Below, one piece after another: positions 53,660 to 64,000 of a DNA stretch of 64,000 bases. The number at the start of each line of letters is the position of its first letter. Within the stretch, counting starts at the first letter, position 1. The translations under genes were made by a program, and so were the position numbers. Origin of the DNA: the human T2T-CHM13v2.0 reference genome, Homo sapiens. The notes beneath the pieces are model-generated. The model ran no database searches and was not told the DNA's origin. It saw nothing but the letters and a program-made list of their open reading frames with translations. The stretch lies in assembly GCF_009914755.1 (NCBI RefSeq), contig NC_060945.1. One strand, written 5' to 3'.

Positions 53660-55529
53660 TTTCCTATGCAAATTATCATATTCACAAAACCTGGATAAAA
53701 CAACTTCAGGATATAATTTTTTCCCTCTAACTTATGTAAATCTTGAAATGCATTGACATTTGAGAGTATGAAAGCAATAGCTGTTTTAAAAGAGAGTGCA
53801 GAAGTCTCCCTGTGATTGAAACTGTCCTGTTGGAAAGCAACAAGAGGACAGAATAAATGAGTCTGAGAAATTTTGTTGTGTTTTGTTTTCAAAACTCTAA
53901 AGGGTAAACCAAATTTTGTTATTGTAAACTAGGCTTATATTAGAACATTCTACTCTATGAGGATGTTGTCTAAATTTCCTAACTTCACTCCATCTGTTGA
54001 GTAATCATTTTATTTGTTAAGAAACTTTATTTATTCATATTTTAAAATGCACAGATGGCAAAAATGTGACTCTGCCTGCTGTTGTACCTACCATATATTC
54101 AGCAGGAAGTCTCCTTTTCTCAATGTATTCAAATATTGGTGTTTAATTTTTTGTATATATGTTCACACCTACTGGCTAGACATCCATGTTAAAAGTATTT
54201 TGCACTGTGAAGCAAAGGATGTATATAAAGCAGTCCCAAGCATGTTGGCTGCCAAGATGATCTAATTTCTTTGATGGACTCTTAAAGGCACCTGGATTGC
54301 CAAAATTGGTGTAAAATAAAAAAGACAGGTAGAAAGCAATCTGTGGCAAAATAAGGTTTACAAGGAACATAAAAAAGCAATTCAAAGTTAGAACACAGTT
54401 AAAAGGAAAATAGCCCAATTCCACGCTACCTTATTTCAGACTGCATTCTTGCATCTGTTGCTTGTTAGAAAATAAAACAATCTATAGTTAGTCCTTTAGA
54501 AAGGTGTGAATCAAATGAATGTGTACTTTAGTGGAGCCGTGATACTTGTTAATCGCAAAAATTAAACAGATTACAATAATGTTTGCAATAAAAATAAAAA
54601 TATTAATTTTCCATAATACCATTCTAGCACACAGAGTATTTTGGTAAATTTTCATTTTTGTTTAAGAAATGACAAACAGAATTGTCTCAACAAATTTGCC
54701 TAAAATCTGAAAGGAAGAAAACACATCTAAGTCTTTGTATTAAATATGGGTTAAGTGCTAAGGGAATGTATTAACTTTAAAAAAAAAAAAAAGTCAAGCT
54801 TTTAAAAATCTTAAAACCGTCCATAGAAATTGTCAGATCAGAACAATTACTACATAGTACAAAAATAAAATAATGTCCATGCATACAAACAAGTTTAAAT
54901 TTTAATTTTCTTGCATAAATACATTAAATTATAATATTTAGTCTGCTGGTACTTTAAGAACGTGGAAGGGATCATTGTGCTAACTATTCAAGCCACTTAT
55001 CTCTTTTACCCATGCTGAGTATAAAACCAGCTTAGACAACAATCTTAGACAACACTCTTCATTAGCGGTAAAGCATATTTGTTAATGCAACTGGATGTTT
55101 TCCTGCATAAAAGAAGGTTAAGATGTTTTCTTGGTTGTAGGACATTTAGATTGACAACAGATTTGCTATTATATTAAATTAAGTGGCTAATTTATCCAAG
55201 TGAATTATCTGCATAGATAGCCACTGGAGCTTAAGTAGTAAATTCAGACACAGTTATAACAGTCACCAGGTGAGATCATTGGATGTGGTGTTAACTACTT
55301 ATTTTTGCCATTCTGTTATGTTTTATGTGTGACTATATTACAACTATTACGAGTGACTTTGGAAATAAATTCATTTTAATTATAATGTTTGCTCTCCCAG
55401 AATCCTTAAACATTTTTTTCAAGTATGGTATGTTTGCAGGTATGGTTTACGTTAACAATATCACTGATTAATTGAACAAGAGATGTGCATCAGCTTTCAT
55501 TATTTCCTACTATTAAATGGTTGAAAAAT

Positions 55530-55555
55530 ATAGATAGGTAGGTAGGTAAATAGAT

Positions 55556-55591
<36 letters not shown>

Positions 55592-55592
55592 C
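55530..55592. repeat. (TAGG)n/(TAGA)n tetranucleotide STR
   Basis: Read directly. Confidence 0.93.
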
Positions 55593-55878
55593 AGAGTATA
55601 GGCAACTTTAATCCACGTTATACTGTGATCTGATTTGTTCCTTTTAAAACATCGTTATATTTATCAGGGTACACAGCCTTTCCTTACTTGAGTGTTCTCT
55701 TTACTGGAACAACCTAGACTTACATGCAGAAATGTTTCAGTTCTCAATAAAAATATTAATTATCTCCAATACCATCCTAGCACACAGAGTATTTTGGTAA
55801 ACTGTTGAAAGGAATCTGTTTCAGTGTTCAGAGAATAGCCAAAAATATGGGGAATTCTCTCTATCCCTGATGACATCA

Positions 55879-56580
55879 TGAAACTACCTTTGCAAAAATT
55901 ATGACAGTGAGAGAAGTCTGACATAGCTGGCTCCATCTTGCCTCTAACCTCCAAGCTGTCCTTGTTCATTCCTGAGCATAGGCCAAGCTAGCTATGGGAG
56001 AAATTTAGTTTATAGGTTAACTTTAAAGCAAAGATGATAAAAGATTCTGTCCAAGACTGACCCTCTCCTTGCCTGGAGACCAAAACTGCCTTTGTAAAAC
56101 TAACAAATTAGCCACAAGGTTAAGATTATGTATCAGGAGTCATGTAACCAGAGGTCACGTGGATTGTAACCTCCCCAATTGCTCCCATAAATAACATCAT
56201 TATTGTAAAACCTAAGATTAGTATTTGAGGTATTTTTCGGACCCTGCATTCTGATGGACCAGGTAGCACCACCGCGACCAGTAATCCATCCAAGAAACTG
56301 GCTCATCTGGTCTTGTGACCCTCACCCAGGAACTGGCTAAGCACAAGAAGAAAGCTTCAACCCCCTATGATTTCATCCCTGGCCCAACCAATCAGCATTG
56401 CTCCTTTCCTGGCCTCCTTCCCCAAAAACTCAGCTTTTGGGGAAGCAGATTTGAGAAATGTCTCCTGTCCTGTCACTCGTCTGGCCCTGCAATTATTAAA
56501 CTTCTTCTCTTCTGCAATCTTGCTGTCTCAGTGAATTGGTTTTATCTGTGCAGTAAAGAAGAACCTGTTGGATGATTACG
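55879..56580 (+). mobile_element. LTR8-family ERV1 solo LTR
   Basis: tgaaactacctttgcaaaaattatgac...ctccatcttgcctctaacctccaagctgtccttgttcattcctg...gaagaacctgttggatgattac. Confidence 0.85.
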
Positions 56581-57703
56581 ATGAAACTTTAGTATGTGAG
56601 TGTGTTTTATTTCAATCCTGACTAATTTAACGATTGCATTTGACTCTTATTGTGTGAAATGCACAGACTTCTCATTCTGTACTTGCCTTAGTTTCATCTC
56701 CTATAGGATGGAAATAAAATTCACCAGAAAAAAGCTACCCTAAAGGCAGAGTATCATGATCAAAAAGTATCTACAACAGAGTGGAAACTAAATAAACATT
56801 ACTTATTATTAAATTAATATTTTTATAGCTACCTTGGCATATTGGAAAATTCTTTTCTCCACTCATTAAGGACTATCCTGAATCTTTACTTGAATAAGAT
56901 TAAATAAACTTGATCTAAACTTTTACAGCCTCTGTTTTTTTCATTTTAGGAAGGATAAAGTGTAAGCCCAGGTTTGGATAGAAACAACAGAAATAAAATA
57001 AAAATGTAAACACTGCCTGTTGTAAATTATCTGATTTTTTTTAGGCTATAAATAAAGTCAACATTGATAAATTTCAATGTAATTACAGTTTCTTTCTTAA
57101 TCTTAGGTCTGGTGTTGAATTATCAAATCATTACTTTTGTAAAGACTGTCTGAAGGTAAAAGACAGTAAGATCAAAGGGTGTTAAATATTCTTGTGCCTC
57201 ATACTCCAAGAAGATGAGGCCATCAATCTTTTAATCAAGTTTATAATTGCATCTTATTTCTGGTTTAGTCATCTTTGTTAGGAATTCATGTTTTACCTTT
57301 CATAGTTTACTGGCTTCTTTACTCTAGAATGTTATCATCTCTCTTTTCTCTAAATAATTTTAAGGAAATAATTCTGTCCCTGACGTACCCTTGTTAATAT
57401 TGCTTTCCCCCATCTCTAATGAAGTAACTTGCATATTTGCCTGTTTATAAACTAAATACTCTCCATTCAATCAGATTTGAATATATTCATTTAGAGTTTT
57501 ATTTGTGTTTTAATTCTCTATAATAAACTAATTTCCACTCTGCAATTAATCTAGCACTTTAAGTCACTAAACATATCTCTGAATATCGGTAAATTTTGGC
57601 AATATGGGAGCATTTTAAAATTTATCATTTTATGCAAAATGTAATTGTTAATTAAATAGAAGTAGAGATGAAAACAATATGTATTTTATTTAAAAGTATG
57701 TTT

Positions 57704-57705
<2 letters not shown>

Positions 57706-57736
<31 letters not shown>
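57706..57736. repeat. (CA)n microsatellite
   Basis: Read directly. Confidence 0.95.
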
Positions 57737-57739
<3 letters not shown>

Positions 57740-60079
57740 AAGAGAAGCTTAACCAAGTATGTATCATATAGGTCATAAATATTTGTAAATTCTAAGGTTT
57801 TACTGGTTAAAATACAGTAGCCCTTCTCAGTGATTTACTGGCTATATGGAAGAAAGGCACAACATTCACACATCTATAGTAATGCCTGTTTTGGGAATGG
57901 GACTAAGCACAACAGATAGGGGGAGTGTCTCTCATTCTCCATGGAACCTCTGGGTTGGTTTCCATATGGCATAAATACGTAATTGAACTCATCTTCATTT
58001 GCCTTACACCTGTTAATAAAGTCTTTGACACCTCAGGGAAAATTGAAGTATTGGTATTTTATTCTTTGGAAATTAATTTCTTATTCATTTAGGGCAGACA
58101 TAATCTTGGCACATCTAATCTTGCTGGTGTACTCAACTAAATAGAGTTCAATGGTTAAAAGTTTTTCATAGCCGAATTACATGTTCATTCAATAAGGAGT
58201 GTTTCATTGCAGAGCACATGGTTATGAGTAGCAAGTATGGGGTAAAAGCAAAGGGAAATCTGCATTGTGTGTGCTTATTCCTGTGTTGAGTATTCTTACA
58301 GAGAATGCTCTATTATGGTGTCTTTTCTCTGATTAGGAAGCTGTTTTTTCAGTTCAAAAGCCCCCTGTGATTTGAGAGTGCAAGGAAAGCATACACTGGT
58401 GAAGTGACTTGCCAGACCATTGAAGTTGAATTTAAGCATGCAAGGCAACACCGGAGAGAGTGGAGCTGCTCTAGTCTGCAAAGATATCTATATGCTCTGA
58501 GCTGGTAGGAGGTACAGTGAAGTGATGGCAGAACCATGGGGTAGCTTTGATTCACAATAAGATACTGCCTCTTTTAGAATGAAAAGCCACCTGTTGTTTG
58601 TCAAAAGGTACTACTTACTGATTATTGCTTTACATACTAATGCAAAGAACTCTTGGAGGTAGTCTCTTGTGCAGATGCTGAAAGTCAGTCTTTCACCTGT
58701 CTCCAGTAGGTTAAACTTAACAAAAAAAATGTTTTGTACAGCAAGTAGAGAATGCTTCTTTCTTTAAAGAAATCAGAGCCTTCTGCTGGGGGCAATGAAG
58801 GGGTGAGGCTACAGGGAGTACTGAGTTGCTTAATGCCAAGCACAGAAAAATGCTAATAAGACTCATGCTGAGAAAAGCTCTCACTCATCAGGGTGCATCA
58901 TTGCAGACATTAAGCTGAGACTGTGAATTGCTATTAGCCAAAACTGGAGAAAGACTAACGAGAATAGTGCCAGAAAATACTTCGTGGCACTGTTTGAATT
59001 GCTGTCTGAGGCAGGAGGTTTGTTGTATTGTTTTTGAAATGATTTGCTTAGCAAAAATTACCTGGTTACTAGGTAAATCTATCAGTATATGATCGAGGAA
59101 CACTTATATTAACGTCATTTACTGATAAATAAGAAATACTAAATAACAATTACATGATGTGTTTAATAATCAAATGTATAAATTGCAAGCACGTTATTTA
59201 TATGCATAATACTCTAGTGTTTGTTGTATGAGACTTGAATCTCAATTAAATGATGTTAATATGAGACCTTAAAAAGTCTGAAAAGAGGCATTCACTGTCT
59301 TTTCAAAATAAATTTTATATGAGAACATAAAGAAAACCCATCTCTTCCCTCATTTTTTGCCAGTATGGCAACAAATAGCCTGCATAACTGAGGCAATTTG
59401 CAAACTGGTAGACCCTCTATCATTGTGTTTTATGAGAAAAAAAAAAGATAATAGCAGAGTATGCACCAATTCAGAATTAACTGGATTGAATGCTGATAAT
59501 TGTATGATTCTTTTTATTCTTACCCTGTTGTTTGGCTTATGCATCTCTGTTCAAGTCCATGTGGAAGACAGCTTGAGGTGCATGATCAATAAAATGTTGG
59601 AGGACATTGAACACAGTAGATTTCCTGGTGATGTTTAAGAGGGAGGAGTTAAGGTGTGCTAATGAGCATAGTTCATGTTAATTGCCAGCACCTATTGGAA
59701 TTATCTGTTAGAAATATAAAACTATTTTCCCTTGCTTTATCTATAAAAGATCCTGACTTAAACATGCCTTCCAGTGCAGCCAAGTAGAAATTCATAAAGA
59801 GAATTTATGATTTTTTTAAATAAATGAAATTTATTTAAAATACCACAATTCATTAAAATCTCAGATCTATAATAATTTATGTACCCTATGTATATACAGG
59901 AATTTAACTTTCTCCCTCACCAATTAGACAGTTCAGAAATTGAAAGAACACTCTAAGATTTGTATATGTGTATGTGTGTGCAAAATAGTGCTCTGAAACT
60001 GTCCTGTCTGGGAAAATTTTCTGATAACCAATATTAGATTTTCTAGTTCTCAGTTATATCTCTTCCCTCTATATTGTTC

Positions 60080-60533
60080 TGTAAACTAAAAACTATCTAA
60101 GACAGGTCTCAATCAATTTAGAAGTTTATTTTGCTAAGGCTAAGGATTTCCCCTGAAGAAATAAAGATGGAATCACATAAACAGTCTGTGGTCTGTGCCT
60201 TTCTCCAAAGATAACTTTGAGGGCTTCAATATTTAAAGGAGAAAAGTGAGCTGAAGGGGAAAGAGAGAGGGCATAATAATCCACATATTGCAAGAGAAAA
60301 GAAGCAGATAAGGGAAGAGTCAATTATGTATTCTTCTGGCACTCAGTAGAGCAGCATTTTACACAAAATAAGGTGAACATACAGTAGCTATCTGTGGACA
60401 TATTTAACATTTTATCTGTAGCTATCTGCTTAGGAATAAAAGGAAAAGCAGCTTCTTGCATGACGCAACCATCAGCTTAATTTTTTCTTTTGGCATGGTG
60501 AACTGGGGTCCCAAGTTTTATTTTCCTTTTACA
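60080..60533 (-). mobile_element. MER4-family ERV1 solo LTR
   Basis: tgtaaac...gacaggtctcaatcaatttagaagtttattttgc...ggggtcccaagttttattttccttttaca. Confidence 0.82.
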
Positions 60534-60589
60534 TTCCATATCAATTGAGAAAACTTAAGAGTCAGATCAGAAGTGGTTTTGTTCACATA

Positions 60590-61489
60590 GGTAATGGAAA
60601 ATTTTCCCTCCACCCTCCAAGCATTTGATAATAGGGTTGCTGAAATAAACTGAGTAGGCAGACAAGAAAATTTATCATGTATATGGGGGCATTACATGAA
60701 AGAAAACCAAATACCCCAAACTGAATATGATCTAGAAGCTTAAATACCTACTTCCTAAGAGAAAAAGAGATGGGAATATGTAAACAAGTAAGGAGAAAGC
60801 AAATAATTTTGAAGAAAGATGAGTAGGCCCTCAGAATAATAGGTAACAGCCTGTGACATAGTTTGTCTGGGAGTATTGTTGACTCCCGGTACTTTTTTTC
60901 CTGGGATAGAAGTCAATCTTCCTGGGTTATTGTATTAGTCCGTTCTCATGCTGCAAATAAAGTCATACCCGAGACCATGTAATTTACTTAAAAAAAAAAA
61001 AGAGGCTTAATGGATTCACAGTCCCACATGTTCGCTGGGGAGGCCTCACAATTACGGTGGAAGGCAAATTGGGAGCAAAGGCACGTCTTAACATGGCAGC
61101 AGGCAAGAGAGTCTGCAGGGGAACTGCCCTTTATAAAACCATCAGAACTCATGAGACCTATTCAGTATCACAAGAAAAGCATGGGAAAAACCCACCCCCA
61201 TGATTCAATTACCTCCCACCAGGTCCCTCCCAGAACACGGGGAGATTATGGGAGCTACAATTCAAGATGAGATTTGGGTGAGGACACAGCCAAACCATAT
61301 CACTTATAAAATTCCTGGAGAGGAGATTGATGATAATTGAGTTCCCTTTGGAGGATCTGTTCCTAGGCAGACAAAGGAAGTTCAGAGAAAGCCCCTTTCT
61401 GAATTTGCTTTTCTTCAAATGCCATCAGTTTGAAATAATCAGCATACCAAAGCTGGATAATTTTGGGTAACATTTCCTGAACTACTTCA
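60590..61489 (-). mobile_element. MER34-class ERV1 LTR interrupted by THE1
   Basis: gctgaaataaactga...ggaagttcagagaaag...aaataatcagcataccaaag...cctgaactacttca. Confidence 0.55.
60931..61302 (-). mobile_element. THE1 MaLR solo LTR
   Basis: tgtattagtccgttctcatgctgc...gagatttgggtgaggacacagccaaaccatatca; 5-bp TSD gttat/cttat. Confidence 0.9.
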
Positions 61490-61564
61490 TCCAGAAGAAA
61501 ATTTTAACTTCAATTTCCCACCTAAATTAACTTACCCACCACAAACTATTGATATATATATATA

Positions 61565-62062
61565 TACTCCTAAAAGAACAATTTCACCGGGCACATGCTG
61601 AAAACCACAAGGTAGTCTTTACAGTCAAGACCGTTGCAATTAACAGTCAGGACTAGTGCAGTAGCGAGAAAGGTTGAACTCAGACCTGAAAAATAGGTGG
61701 CTGAAAGAGAAAGTAAGAGGATTTTTAAAGGTTAAGATAAGCTGGTAGAGAAATACTGACGATATTCAGGGGGAGGGTGGTTAATGTGATTAGGTGCTCT
61801 GTGTTTGGTAATTGCTGTCTACCTAAGTTAGTCTCCTAACCTCCCACAGGGACTGGGAAACAGAGTCCCTGTCTTTCTTGATGTTACATTTCAATGGATC
61901 CCACTTCAATGTGAAAGACATTATTGGATTGTAGAATTAAATCTTAAAGACCAGAGAAATATTTTACAACTGCATATTTTCTAAAGTAAACACTCAAAGG
62001 AAAAGGGAGATCTTTTCAAGAGCCTAGTTAAGCCAAGAGGAGTCTTAAAGCTGTCTTGGTCT
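61565..62062 (-). mobile_element. MER31-like ERV1 solo LTR
   Basis: caggactagtgcagtag..gttgaactc..ggatttttaaag..cctccca..tttacaactgc..gtcttggtc. Confidence 0.55.
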
Positions 62063-62090
62063 GATGCAGGTGAAGTGGAAAGAATATGGG

Positions 62091-62185
62091 CACATACACA
62101 CAGAACACAGACCACAGACAGCCGATCTTGGTAAGACATACACATACACACAGAACACAGACCACAGACAGCCAGTCTTGATAAG
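62091..62185. repeat. 50-bp tandem duplication
   Basis: cacatacacacagaacacagaccacagacagcc starts at 62091 and at 62141. Confidence 0.93.
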
Positions 62186-62618
62186 GAGGCAACAATCGTG
62201 ATATTTGGGCTCCTTCTGTCGAGTCTATTAGCTCACGAAGGCCATTCTTACTCTTACAGAGAAGAAAGCAAAGTAATATGAGTGGAAAGAAAGATCAGAA
62301 ATGTTCTGTGCAAAACTGTTTCCATTTGGAGAATATGCAAAGTCCCTATCACCTTAAAAAGACAAGAAAACATGGGTATTATTACTTACTTGTAATTCTA
62401 GACCACAATCAAAGAAGGTGGTACTAGAACTTGTTCAGGGAAAGCATCTGTATCCTAAGAGAATCTCTATAAATTGGCGAGTGAGTCATCTAATGTCACT
62501 CCAGATTGATTTTATGACTATTATACAACCCTAACACGCTGCAAAATGCAATTTATGTTCTCTTGTTGCCCAATAATTTAACATCACTTTCTTAAAAAAT
62601 TATCAATAGAATATCTGA

Positions 62619-62926
<308 letters not shown>

Positions 62927-62929
62927 GAA

Positions 62930-64000
62930 ATTTCTAATATAACTTATTTATGGTCAGATAATATACTTGATTTCAGTTCTTTTAAGTACATTGAGTCTCA
63001 TTTTATTACAAATAATATAGTTTATCTTGGTAAATCTTCCATGTGCCCTTGAAAAGAATGTATATTCTGCTGCTATTATGTGTAATATTTCAGAAAAATC
63101 AATTAGGTCAATATAGGTGATAGTGTGTAACAAGTTATATAATCTGTATTGATTTTCTTTTTATTTGATTTATTAGTCATTGAGAGGGGAATACTGAAAT
63201 ATCCAACTATAATTGTGGATTTCTCTCTTTTTCCATTGAAATCTACCAGTTTTTGCTTCATATATTTCAAAACTCTATTAAAAGGTGCATTTACATTTAG
63301 AATTGTGATATCTTCTTCAAGAATTGACACCTTTATTATTATAATATTAACCTTTTTGTCTGTGATAATATTCATTCTTCCGAAATCTATTTTCTTTGAT
63401 ATTAGTATATCCACTCTGATTTTTTTGATGTTTGCGTACTATATCTTTTTCAAGGTTTTAACTTTAACTAACATTGTCTTCATATTTTAAAGTAGGTTTC
63501 TCTTAAACAGTATTTAGTTGGGTTGTACTTAAAAAAAAACTCCAATTTGACAGTTTATACCTGTTAATGAAAGTTTTTAGATCATTTTTATATAGAATAT
63601 AAAATCAGATAAGGTTGATTTAAATTGGACATCTTACTATATGTTTTCTTTTTGTTCTATTTGTTCTTTCATTATATTTTTCTTTTTCTGCTTTTGGATT
63701 AATAGAATAATTTTTATGATTTTATTTTATCTCCCTTATTGGGCTTTGTTTAATAGCCATATTATATTCCTTTTATACTGTTCACCATAGTGTTTATAAT
63801 ATACATTTATAACTTCTCAGTGTATTTCAAAATAATATTATACCACTCCAAGCATAAAAATCTTATAATAGTATAACTCCATCCCCACCCATGTTCCCAA
63901 GCTTTATGCTATTTTTTTCAGTTACATTACTTCTGCATATGTTATTATTTTTGCCTTCAATGTCAATAATATCTTACAGAATTATAAATGTCTGTCATTT
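62930..64000 (-). mobile_element. Old L1M fragment covering the ORF2 endonuclease region; runs off the window
   Basis: ORF 63103-63414 ILISKKIDF...EEDITILNVNAPFNRVLKYMKQKL...STIIVGYFSIPLS matches the L1 endonuclease. Confidence 0.82.

Noticed and set aside
53292-53892. Overlapping 91-154 aa ORFs
   Set aside because: They are held open partly by the (CT)n(CA)n microsatellite and contain no recognisable domain
59356-59372. ttgcc-agtat-ggcaac palindrome as an RFX or NFI site
   Set aside because: The spacer is too long for an X-box and the half-sites do not fit NFI (TTGGC-N5-GCCAA); short palindromes are expected by chance

Overview
This is primate (most likely human or ape) AT-rich, CpG-poor intergenic or deep-intronic DNA. 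By rough tally about half of it is transposable-element derived. It holds AluJ/S/Y copies and L1 copies of several ages: a near full-length old L1 on the minus strand at ~6.6-13.7 kb, and an internally deleted L1 with a ~141-bp monomer array at ~16.9-21.5 kb. It also has MaLR and ERV solo LTRs (densest at 46.5-62 kb), DNA-transposon MITEs (MER1A, MER47A, MER53), L2/MIR fragments and microsatellites. I find no supportable host protein-coding gene, RNA gene, CpG island or CRISPR array. The longer ORFs in the track are L1 ORF1/ORF2 relics, Alu read-throughs or chance ORFs. I cannot support a new gene-encoded system. The structure that repeat annotation does not explain is a series of locally templated duplications. 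The largest is a ~650-bp inverted repeat (48817-50058 vs 51596-52245) with a step in arm identity that suggests gene conversion or inversion toggling. There are also a 111-bp inverted copy inserted in an Alu fragment, a 120-bp copy with a fold-back hairpin junction inside an L1 3'UTR, a 26-bp patchwork insert copied from 4.1 kb away, and a 56-bp direct copy. Repeat family names come from recalled consensus sequences and should be confirmed with RepeatMasker/Dfam. Mismatch counts were made by eye.
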